Source of the DNA: Bugula neritina
Lineage: Eukaryota; Animalia; Bryozoa
DNA length: 64,000 nt
Assembly: GCA_964035545.1 (NCBI GenBank)
Contig: OZ037765.1
Span: forward strand, 26,287,504-26,351,503
Direction: 5' to 3'
Shown: in pieces, positions 13,620 to 26,400 of the stretch
Layout: each line of letters begins with the position of its first letter
Numbering within the stretch: the stretch's first letter is position 1
Notes under the pieces: generated by a model
Databases searched by the model: none
What the model was told of the DNA's origin: nothing
What the model saw: the letters and a program-made list of their open reading frames with translations, nothing else
Program-made: the position numbers and the translations under genes

Positions 13620-14240
13620 ATTTAAGTAACTGTAACTGTAAGTAATTATAATGATAATTATTATAAATATAATAGATCAAGTTTAATACTAACACTAAGT
13701 CTAATACTAGTACAGTAGTACTAGTAGTAATACTAAAGTCTAAAAGTAAATACTAATACTAATAGTAATACTAGTAATAGTAATACTAATACTAATAGAT
13801 TCAACTTCAAGTTTAACTTTGTCTTTAGGAATCAAGTTTTAGTGTACTGTGTAGAGCTAGAAATAGACTCCACCTTGGAATTGCTATTACTATTACTATT
13901 ACTATTACTATTACTATTAGGCTTTGAGTTTGATTTTGAGTCACACTGTGACTCACGGTGACACTGAAAGTGTCCAGTCGTTTTAAAAGGAATGTTTTTT
14001 GATCTCCTTACACTTAGTTTTATAGTTAGTATTACTCATAGTGATAGTCATACTCATAGGTTTTATATTTACTAATTTAGTCAATGTCATTATTATTATT
14101 ATTAAGTTGAACGCTAGTCATTATCATGATGATTACCAATATTCTTTATCATTATGATAATGACTATAAGTATAATGAACTTGAAGACATAATCATTATA
14201 ATAATTCTTCATATTGCTATTTAGTCGTAGTGATTATTTA
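13620..14240. repeat. Degenerate hexamer-periodic low-complexity tract (right flank of the promoter)
   Basis: tactaa tactaa tagtaa tactag (13751-13800), (tattac)n (13885-13918), ttactc atagtg atagtc atactc (~14032-14056). Confidence 0.75.
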
Positions 14241-14491
14241 GTTTTACCTGTATGAGTATCCCACTTTTTTGACGATTATCACATTGACATGATGTTTCAG
14301 TTATGTCAATTTAGAAACATAAAGCTAGAGTTTGTGATTAGAGACATTTAGATTTTGTAAAATATAGGTCTTTATTATACTTATGATTGTACTAATATTT
14401 TGTTTTTAGCTTGCATGTTGATACTGATTAATTTTGAAGATATTAATTGTAAATTTTGTCATGCTCGTCATTTTTTTGTTTATTTTTAGAG

Positions 14492-17400
14492 ATGGCTACG
14501 AAGAATGTGGTTGCATGGGGTTCAGCTGGTGTTGCTATTTATTTTGGAGTGTTTGGAATACAAAATGGACTGCTCATTTTCTTTTCATTGTTATCATTTA
14601 TAATTGGGTAAATATTTCATATCCTTTTACATAAATTGTTATAGATTATTTTCAATGATGGTGGCTTTTTGATCAAAATTATGCAAACATTTTAATAACA
14701 GATATGCACATGCACATGCACATGATGTAGCTGCAACAACATGCTTTTAACTGGACATGCAAGAAATTGTTTCTAACTAAAGGACTTATTACCAAATAGT
14801 GAACTAGGCCGGTCTTTCACTTTAATCTTCTGTAGTGCTTCAATTTATTTGTGGTTACTAATTACACCACATTCTACCCAGTTTCCCAGAACCCCACTGT
14901 CCCCCCCCCATACTGTTCCATCAGTCCTGCGCTCCACCAGCCTCACAACCACCTAGGAGTAGTACTACATTACACTGAAGGTCGAAATAGCTTGTAAAAC
15001 CTTCTGACCTCACCAGGAATCGAACCTCAAATCCAACTTGCAAGCCATTGTGCTAACCAGTACGTCCCCTGATTCAACAGAAATGTCAATATGAAGTGTT
15101 CTTTGTTTTAGGGGCCGTACTGGTTGCAGCAGTCGTGTTAGCTCACAGTGGATGCTAGTTACCATGTTTTTGGTACATTATTTGAGTGTTTGCTATGGTA
15201 AAGAATGTTCACGAGAGAAATCTCAGCAAGCTCGACTTATTATTAACAAAGTAGTTGTACCCATGTACTCGATAGGAAGTCTAGATATGCCCGACACATG
15301 TCCGTTTTCTCCTGTAAATGATCAATACGCATCACAAGAAGCTATGAAGAGACGACTTGGCAGCAAATGGATGTGCTCAGTTTGTGCCAAGACTTTTCCT
15401 ACTGAGAATGATTTAGATTCGCATCTCAATGATAATCACCAGAACTTAAATCACTATGCAACTGGTGGCTGTCTAGCAGACCTCTGTGATATTTTGAGAT
15501 GTGGACCGTTTTTCGACTTACCTCAAGAGAAAACTAGTTGTGATGAAGTTGCTATGTCAGAGTTGAAATTGAAGTGCATGAACATGGTGAGAGATTCCTG
15601 CTCACCTGCACGTCTTAGCCCACAAGGGCGAGTAGAAGTTGAAGTTCGAGTTCAAGCTAGTGTGTGTTCATATCTTACATGTGATGAATATTGGACTACA
15701 CCTGATGAAGACCCATCAACTGAACATTATTATTATACAACTTATGCATTAGCTTTCTGCATACTGCTTACATTATTGGCTATATATTTCAAAATTGCCA
15801 CTTCTAACATTGATAATAGTGTGTCTATTGAGACCATGCTGGCAGAGGCGGACAACTTGCAGAGACCAGAGCCAGCCATAATATCGCCAGATAATAATGA
15901 GATGGAGATCCGTCATAGAAACCCTACAAGTCAAAGACAATGGTCTGAGAATGAATAATTGAATTGTTAATTTTGTAGCGATAACTCTCGCATTGGTCAG
16001 TATTTTGTAGACTGAGCTAGTTTATATGCTGTTATTCTTATTGTACTTTTACTTGATGTATTTTGTATGGCCTATTTGCTTTTAGCTATTCTATAGATAT
16101 GCTTACTATCTACATTACTCCTGTTTATTAAACTTGTAACCTTGTTATTCAGAATAAATTTGTAACCTGTACTAATCTGTGTAATTGTTAAAGGCAGGGC
16201 TGGTCGTTGGAGTATGGTAGCAGAGCCGTAGGTGATAGCAAACTGGCATATGTTCATGATTACTGTCATGTGACTCTGAAGGCCCTTGGGTCATGTTGAA
16301 AGCAAAAAGTTGATAGTTTACCTAAAAAAGCCAAACCATGACTCATTCTCACAAAGATTGTGACTATAAATGAATTTTAACATATGATAGATATAAAATT
16401 TTTAATTTAGATAAAATAAAACCAGGTAATTTACTTCTGCCTCGGTTATAAATGTACCCACAATATAGTATAAACTGTTTTGTATCCATTTGTTAGCTCA
16501 GGGGCTGTGTGCTTATACTATGGTAAAATTCTATCGGATGCTACCTACGGTCAAACAAAAGTCCCGTTGACACCGAGCTCTGTTGGAATACCTAAGGTAA
16601 TAGCTGTAGTCAAAGGAATTTATTTGTTGATGGATTAATATTATAGCTAATACACTTGCATGTAGTCATTATTAGTTTATAATTCCAGTATTTGCAAAAT
16701 GTATATGTTTGTGACTTAACTTATGCGTAAATAATTTTCTCAAGTTTAAATTTGCTAAGTAATTACTAACTATAAGTTTGGTAGGGTCACAAGGGCCTCA
16801 TCATTGTTTTACAGAGCTCATTTGAGGACTAATATATAAATAGATTGTATCTCTATTTTATATTATTAATGAGTTGCTGAGTTTATACTCTAACTGGATT
16901 TTACTAGTTGATTGATCAGATGGATGACATAAATCTACAAGCTAAACCTGCTAAACTAGATAGAAGACTAACTGGTGCTAGTAACATTGATGAGCAACTG
17001 CAGGAGGTTATGGACCACCTATTTAGAGATTATATTGAAGTGTGGTATCGAGAAATTAGTGATGATAATAGCTTTCCCCTAGAAATTAGAAAAATGTTTT
17101 CCATTGTGGTTTCCAAGTTTGCATCGAGGTGAGTATAGCATGTTGTGCATATACATGTATTCTAATAGCATTATTGGAGTTTTAGCTTTAATATGAAATT
17201 CAATTTCTTCTACCAGTCATTTAATATTTGCCATTTTAGCTTCCAGAAAGCTAGTGTAATAATACCACCGTTTAAAATGCTTATTTTCATTTTTAGCTGC
17301 AACTTAGACACACTTGCTCAGAGTGTTTAGAAGACTACCTAATAAAATGATTGAAGATTTGAAATCACTCAATAGGTGCAATTAGCTCAATTCACTTGGT

Positions 17401-20400
17401 TGCACAGCTCTGAAATTGTGTTTAGGTTGTAGCTTAGATATTTATGAATAATAATTGAATATTGTATGCGTATAACTAAATAAGTTTGTTTTAAACTAAT
17501 ATTTCGCCTCATACTTGTTTTAAGAGCTAAAGAAATCGATTGGACACCATTTATAACTCAGAAGCTGGTTGACGAACTGGCGTCTCATGTTAAGTTATAC
17601 AGACGGGCTGACCAAAAACTTCATGAAGAGTTTTCTGGCAACTCCACGCATGCAGAAGGTGGGTACAAGCTTCAGAGAATGAGCGGTAGGGTACCACCAT
17701 TTATATTCTTATACAAGTTGTTGTCACATGTACTCCTTTGTTGTTTTTAGAAGATGATAAGAATAATAAGCTGGAGCAGTATTTCTTTGAGTTTGAAATG
17801 GAGATGGAGGGTAATATTTGTAGAAAAGCAGTTTCTACAGAAGAAGAGCATGAAAAAAGTAGGTTGTTAATCACTGAGAGCTTACATACTCTTGCTGATA
17901 TGTAGTCATAACTATGTGCTATAGTGTCTTGCTGTAACTTGCTTTCTGTACGTTACAGATCTACCAAAGAAATTCAAAGAAATTTCTCATTTCAACAATT
18001 TTGGCATATATTGTATTTATTAAACCTCCAAATTATTCGAAGCTTTTTAAATTGATCAATAAATTATTTTCTAATGCTTTTTATATAATTCAACATTTAA
18101 ACAGTGCATTATGCATACATATGGCAAATGTCATACCAGACTAGCAATATTAATCTATATGCTACAGTTGTGTATATTCTAAGACATATATGTTACATTT
18201 AGTGCTTATGTAAGATTTATACACTACATTTACTGTGTAATGTGTATATAAGATGTATATGCCACATAAAATCTAACTCGTAGGATATTTCCAAGAACTC
18301 ACAGAATCTCTCCTTTTCTTCCTTCTGCCTGATGAAATCTTTGACCAGCGAATGTTCAGGTTTCTGATTAGAGAAGTTCTTGTAAATGGAGTCATCCTTC
18401 CTACATTTAACAAGCTGTCTCAACCTGATTATGTTAATCAGAGCATTATATGGATGGTGAGAATTAAATGTCTCTTATTGAAGGCATTTTCTGTCGAAAA
18501 ACATTCTCACTAGTCAGGTGTGATGACAGTTACACTTTCTTTATTGCCTTCTGTTTTATTACTAATGTACCTCTAAGATTTTTTTACTGTTGAGTTTTGT
18601 AAAACAGGAGGATTTTATTCAAAAGTACTTAATGTACATGCAGGTCTCGCCTTGCAACTACATCAAATATGCTGTTGCAGTTTTACCAACACTGCACACA
18701 AGAAGCTCGACCATGATTAGATCTGAATGTCCCTCTATTTGCACAACTCTAAAAAGAAGACAACTACTAGTTATTTTGTAGAGTTGCAAATATTTTGGAC
18801 ATATAGTTTAATGACAAAAAGAAGCTTTTTGTTGGTTAAAATAATATATTGCAACTGATGACATATTTTTATCAATATTTTGGCGAACTACGTGATCATT
18901 TGCGAAGTTGAAACTGTTTAAACTAGAGCATTTCAATCTCGAGCATAAAACTTCTTTAAATTTTTATCTATCAATTGTGCTCTAATATTATTAGCATTAA
19001 GTGTTTGACTCTACTGCTTTGTGATGTTACTTGTACTTGTAACTAATTGCAGAACTTTGACAGCCTCCTAAGTAGTGACGCCTTCATAACAACTGTAAAA
19101 CTAAGCAACAGCATTGATGAAGTACAGAGTATTCTAGTTAAAGTGAATGACGAGTTATCTAGAGTGAGAGCTAAAGATACAGGGGGAGTTGACGGTAAGT
19201 GAGGCTATTTGAAGAGGTTGTGTTTTTATTGCTCAAATCTAAGTCTATTTCTTGTGAATTTCCTAACTACAGATTTGATTGAACAGATTTTAGTTTGCAG
19301 GTAAAGGATCTGGCTAATGATGCACATCATTATGATTGGATAAAATTAAGTTTTTCACAGTTCTGCTTTTTAGCGCACTAATTCTCGTTTTTAATAGTGT
19401 GTAAATTATTCTTTATTTTCATCTCTACTACTAGATCTAAACTTAGTCTGTGGCTTCAATGTATTTCTAGATTCTTCCATCAAGCAGACATTAAGCAGTC
19501 TATCCTACCTGAAGAGGGTTTGTGAGACGCAAATCACGCAATTAGCCATGAGTTCATCAGCAGCTGCAGACTGCAACGATACTGTGGTGTGTATATATTG
19601 TGTATACTGTAGTGTGTACAGTGTAGTGTGTGTATACTGTAGTGTGTATAGTGTAGTGTGTATACTGTAATAGTGTGTACGCTGTAGTGTGTATACTGTA
19701 ATAGTGTGTACGCTGTAGTATGTATACTGTAGTGTGTGTACGCTGTAGTATGTATACTGTAGTGTGTGTACGCTGTAGTATGTATACTGTAGTGTGTATA
19801 CTGTACTGTGTATACTGTAGTGTGTACAGTGTAGTGTGTGTATACTGTAGTGTGTATAGTGTAGTGTGTTCACTGTGGTGTGTATATACTGTGTATAGTG
19901 TAGTGTGTGCACTGTAGTGTGTATACTGTAGTGTGTTTACTGTAATAGTGTGTATGCTGTAGTATGTAAAGTGTAGTGTGTGTATACTGTAGTGTGTATA
20001 CTGTAGTGTGTATACTGTAGTGTGTATACTGTAGTGTGTATACTGTAATAGTGTGTATACTGTAATAGTGTGTACGCTGTAGTGTGTATACTGTAATAGT
20101 GTGTACGCTGTAGTATGTAAAGTGTAGTGTGTGTACGCTGTAGTATGTATACTGTAGTGTGTGTACGCTGTAGTATGTATACTGTAGTGTGTATACTGTA
20201 CTGTGTATACTGTAGTGTGTGTATACTGTAGTGTGTATACTGTAGTAGTGTGTATACTGTAGTAGTGTGTACGCTGTAGTAGTGTGTATACTGTAGTAGT
20301 GTGTACGCTGTAGTAGTGTGTACGCTGTAGTATGTATACTGTAGTGTGTACGCTGTAGTGTGTATACTGTAGTGTGTATACTTTAGTGTGCATACTGTAG

Positions 20401-23400
20401 TGTGTATACTTTAGTTTTATGTTGCAGGATGCATTATCTGATTTGAGCCTGAAGCCCACCACCACTAGAAATCTGCCATTTGTGTTTGTGACTACAAATG
20501 ACCTTGGCATACAGTACTTCAATGGTAGGGCAACATATCTAGCGTGATTATTAGGCCCTCAATTAGCTGGTAAAGCTAACACATATTTCATAGAAATACA
20601 ATGTCATTTTGATGCTAAGTTGTGACTAACTTTATGTCAGGTTGAGTGAAGTAATACTGAATAGTTAAACACATATAGTATGGTGAGTCTGTAGATAGAC
20701 TCTACTATGGACAGCTGAGCTTAAAATCTTGCTTTGTACTTATGCATGGCTATTGGTTATTCTAATTGCTCAATTTTTTGAAGAACTGTCCCAACATCTA
20801 TTATAATAATTGATAAAGCCACTAAAACCTGATGCTCCGTGAGTTCCAACTGTTCCTACTAATGTTATGTCCATACCTAGTATACCAACTAATTTACACA
20901 CTGATTAGCAAGGACTCAACTAGTGGGAAATACACACCCATGCTTTAATACTTTTACACCTGAAGCCACAACTATGGGCTTATTTGGGATTCCTTGATAT
21001 TATTTTGAAGAGACAACTCTTAACTGCAATTAAATTAAATTAACTGAATTAAATTAGCAAACAAATTACGCTAGATAGTAGAAGTTATCTTGCCATTAAT
21101 TGGTTGCCATGCACGATTCACAATATGGCACCAAAAGGATTAATTTTAATAATCTATTGTTGTTTTACCTTTTAGATTATCTCATAACTCATGAAAAGGA
21201 GGTTTATCTGAACATCTACTTTGATCTCGAGGTACAAAATGTTGTAATACGAAATTTGTTTTACTGTAAATTGTATTGACTTTTATTTCTATTTAATGCG
21301 TGTTGCGAGTTTGGGTGCACATATACATTATAATATATTTAAATAAAATGTAAATATCTATTAAATTCAGTACTTAGAACTACCTGCTTGTTGTTGACTT
21401 TTAAGCGAGTTTCATAAAAAATTTATTTCTTTTTATTGTTTATTACACCAGCTTTCTGGAAGTTGAAATGGCAGATATTAAATAACTAGTAGAAGAAATT
21501 GAATTTCATGTTAAAGTGTGTACACTTGAAATACTCATACCATACTCAAATAATGCTATTTAAACATGCAAACATGCAACTTGGAAACCACAATGGAAAA
21601 CATGTTTTGTGTGTTTCTAGGGGAAAGCTATTATCATCACTAATTTCTTGATACCATACTTCAATATAATTTCTGAATAGGTGATATGTGACTTTTTATT
21701 GTTATTGTTTATTTCAGTTTTGTGACAAACGTGATCCCACAGCAGCTCAAAGTGGTAGACCAGAAGGTGACAAGATCTCTATTTCCATTGTCGAAGACAT
21801 CTATGAGAAGTATTTTGCTGAAACTGTACCTAATCTACAAATAAATCCATCCTGTGTGGAACCAATCACACGATGTCTGAAAGAGCGTAAAGTTATCGCC
21901 ACCGTATTTGATAGCCTCCACGACTCAGTAAGTGATATCTGCATTACCCGTTGATTTTAATCAATTATATATTTGGATTAATGCTGAAAAAATCAATTGA
22001 ATACTGCAATTAATCAGACAGCCAAAATTTTATCTGATCCATTAAAAAGTAGCTTGTGGGTTGACTTGGCTGAGTGTTGGGGCGTAGTGTAATATTTAGA
22101 AAGTTGTTAAGAAGAACATAGGCTATTCAAAAATGTATAGAAAGTATAGATTTTGCTCGTTAGTAAATATGTCTGTTTACCATTATTTTGTCCACTTTAC
22201 AGTTCATATTCATATAAGAATTGTTATACTTCAACTTTGTTTTGGATTATATTATAGCAATAGGTAGTTTATCATTTACTTGTCTTATATCTTAGGTAGT
22301 GGAGAAGTTAGAAAAGTTTTATGAAGATTTTAAAAAAGACCCGCTTTACGTCAAGATGTTAAGAGAGTTAGACTTAGACATAGGTTCCTCTCTTTCTGAC
22401 GAGTCAGAAGATGGTAGGTTCACTGTCTACATTGCATTGCTCACTACTTGTAATAGACTAATTGCTGACAATTTAGCTTCGATTGTTTAAAATGTCTGTA
22501 ATTGCTTTCGAGAGTTTTGTCTAGTATATAGTTTGAATTAAATCTGATGTATTCGTTGCTAGTATAAAGTTTTAAATTCTTTTAGTGGTTTAATACATTT
22601 CTGTAAGCATTTGTTGAAGCCAAATTATTTTATTAAAAAACATTTTAGTCATTTCTTAAATTTAAGCAAAAAATGTAGTACTATTAGATAAAATACCGAA
22701 CCTAAGCGTCCGAGTGTTGTACTAAAATAATTTTTACCTGCAACTTAGTAATTATTACAACAAAGAACTAACATGCTAGGCATAAAATATTGTATACTTG
22801 ATAAAACCCATTTAATGTCTTAAAATTTTATCAAATATTTAATCAAACTGTAAAATTAGCTGTTTTCAATGACCATTGTTTTGATGAATGTTAAATAGCA
22901 TGATACTATCAAGAATAAGGTTATTATATAATATTGTACATCTGTAGCTACCTCTATACCAGAGTCTCGAACTTTCAAACCAGGCACCAAAATAACAGCA
23001 GCCATTATCAAAACAGGTTTGCCATTAATTTTACTAAAGTTCTTATGCTAAGCTGAAGTTGTGCTGTTTTATTTTAGCTCAGTTATACTGTATTAAACAT
23101 TGATTATCTGTTTAGTATGTGCCACAGTCTTATTGTATTTTAATTTACTTTACGATTTTCTACGTGGTAAATAACATATAAATTACGTCTTTCAGCAGCG
23201 TCAGATACTGGTGAGTATGCTATTTCTATAGGTTGCAGGTTGAATATTTTCTATCCCAATGCCTACAGTATTTTTATTTGTTGTAAAATTGTTGTTGGAA
23301 AAATTTCGGTTGTATATAGTTTCAGATGTGTGTATATTTGTGGCTAGAGTTCTCACTCAACTTTAATAGATCTGTCAAAGGACAGGGCGTAGTACAGATA

Positions 23401-26400
23401 GATTTTATGTGTTAATCTTGCAAATTTTTTTTAAATTAAACATTTCTTAAAAAACTAAAACTTTGAAAACTTTTACTAACCAAACACATTTGAGCGAATG
23501 TGATCACATGATCATGCTCACTCAAATGTTAGCGTATTGTGCTTTGCCTGTAAACACACGTTCACAGGTTTCGTTGTAGTACCTATTGACACAATAAAAT
23601 TTGTTGATTTTATACAAATATTTATATTTTTCATAAAACGATTAGTTGCTGTGATCTGGTCTAAAATATTTAATAGAGATTGATGTTAATATTTTTAAAT
23701 CCAAAATAAACACAGTGCAACGGCCATGTTAGGTGGTTACTTTTGCCTTTTAATTTGTTGAGTGGACTCGTGAAGGTGTATTTAGCTCGATCATTTAAAG
23801 TCTCAGGTTTCTGCCATTTAAAGTCTATGGTTTTGTCTATTCTCCCCCAAAAGCTAGACCATCGGGATTAGACACTATTTAGGTTATATGGTATTCTAAA
23901 GTATCATGTGGTATTAAACTATTTTCATCATTGATTTAGCTGTACAAACTTGGTATACAAATAATTACATTAATTTTTTTCATGTTTTTTGCATGCTTAT
24001 CAAAGTTTAATTTTCCTCGATATTCCTGGATATGGTCACCCACCTGCCCCAGTTCAGGCTAGTTAGTGTTGTTGGCTTACTGAAACTTTTCTGCGTACCT
24101 ATCTGTCCACTATTTGACCTTAGGTTTGGTGAAGGACAGGTATGTTAGTGGAAAGACGTATGCAGTCTACTCTATCCAGGTGACTGAGCTGACAGTACAA
24201 ACTGGGGCTACTGTGAAATGGCTAACAACTAGACGGTACAGTGACTTCCATGATCTCTACATTCTGATTTCTGATAAGGTAGTTGGCAAACTTGACTCAA
24301 GAGTATGTCATGTATTTCATTCGTTATAGAATGATGTTCGGGTTTGCTTGTTTCAATACATTACGCTAATTGTGCATAGAAGTATCAACTAGAATTACTG
24401 CGTTACTGCTAGTACCTCTAGTTATCTTCTCATTGTGCCATTATTGGTGCCATGAAATGATCTCTCCGCAAATTCTCTCATACATTATCTGATAACCACT
24501 CTTTTGTCAGAATTTCTATTGAATAGTAAATTGATTTGATTTTTTAAACTATTTTGTAGTTTTCAGTATTGAGAGCTCTGTCGTTTCCCGGTAAAAGGAC
24601 TTTCAACAATACTAGTAAAGATTTTTTACGAAAAAGAGCCAATGCCCTCACAGTATACTTACAGGTGATGTACTTACAGCTTGTCTTTGTACAATTAGTA
24701 TGTTTACAGGTATGTGCTTACAGGTAGTGTGATGCAGGTGCTTATAGTCAAGTAGCAAGAAAATACTCATATGAAGTTTAGAACTGAATAAAGGTCTTTA
24801 TGTTTACAGTCCGTACTGGAGTCTGAAACGTACAATCAACTCCCAAGTTTGAAGAAGATTATGTATGACTTCCTTAACAAAGATTCCTGGGACAAGCCTA
24901 AAACAGCTGGTCATAAGAAGGTATATTATGTTTAGCTTATCTATGCATGTGCTAAGTGCTTAATAATAGTCTTTTTACTATGAGTAATTCTATAGTCACT
25001 GGTTAATTTTGCATTCTTCATTTTATAAAACTTTTTGCTTGAAACGACTCACTGGTGTAATTTGTTGCTGCTGTTTTTAATCACATTGGTTTAGTTGAAT
25101 TTTGATTTTTATGACTATAGTTTTGAAATTTCAAGGCAAGATAACTCCTATATTTTATATATCATTCAAGAAAATCGAATAAAGTCTGCATGTTCTGTTT
25201 TTCTGTAGGTTGGTGCAATCTTCAGGCAGATGGGCAGTAAGGTCGCTAATCTTGGTGACACCATCGACGGACTAAATTTGCGAAAAGTGTTCAATAAGGT
25301 ATGTTTTCGTCTTGGGTTACTAGGACTGAGTAAAGGAATATCTTTTTGCTTTTTTATAAAGGATAAATCAGAACTGTTATATTCAGAATAACCATAAATC
25401 AATCATTGTTTGCTACCATTTTTATAGTTGTACTCTCTATTTTATAGAATCTTTAGCTTCTTTGTGCCCTGGCTGTGAACTATCAGTTTTTGTTATAAGT
25501 GCAAATGATTGAGACGCATGCAACTAAACTGAAATAAAATATGTATTTATATTTTAAAATTTGATTTAAATTTTAGCCTATTCATGTTGAGCACAAAAAT
25601 GGTTGTTTTTATGTGCATCGGGAGTTGTACAATCTGAAATTCGTAAGATGTTTTGAAGTACTGTGGTGCAGCATAAGAAAGTTTTAGTGTAATCCACTTT
25701 TACTTGTTGATTTGTTATTGAAATGATTATGTACAGAAATTCCCAGTTAGTGCTAACAACTGAGTAAGTAAAGCAGATTGTTGTTAAGCCAATTATAAAG
25801 TAAATAATCGTCACTGCTCACCTTTTGTGTACCAAATTCAATCAAACCAAGCTTGTTTACAGAGGTGGCTAATATAGTATATCGTAGCAATATCGCTACT
25901 ATGTGCAAATATTTAGCTACTGTGCTAGCCTTCTAATGAAATAGAAGTGTATATTATATATCTGTTTAGCATTCTATAAATAGCAAATTCAATAAATAGT
26001 ATATTATGTGTGTGTATAAGTTTAAATATATTTATATATTTAGATTTATTGAATAAATTCAACAATATGTTACTACATAGTGACTTTATTTTTATTTTTG
26101 CTTTCTTTTCTCACTACCATTATATTGAGTTTGCCAGGACTTTATATTAATGTGCACCACCTTCATTAATAATTGAACTTGTGCTGTTGCGTAGCTGAGT
26201 TTTACACCGAGTCTGGGAAAGAACCAGCTGGATAGATACAAGGTTGGAGCCACACTAGACAGTGAGGTATGGCTACATCATATTATAACTGCCAGTTTGC
26301 TTTTCGGTTTGTTTGTTTAATATGTGAGATATTTGGTTGTTAATGTATATAGTTTCATATGTTTTAAGTGGGCGTTATGCTAATACATTAATAAAAGTTA

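Noticed and set aside
19505-20522. Thr/His/Tyr-rich ORFs up to 321 aa on the minus strand
   Set aside because: Translation of the intronic satellite; no complex coding sequence.
23486-23530. Inverted repeat acatttgag...ctcaaatgt (possible miRNA or MITE)
   Set aside because: Only a 9-bp stem with imperfect interior, no second copy in the window, and too little support.
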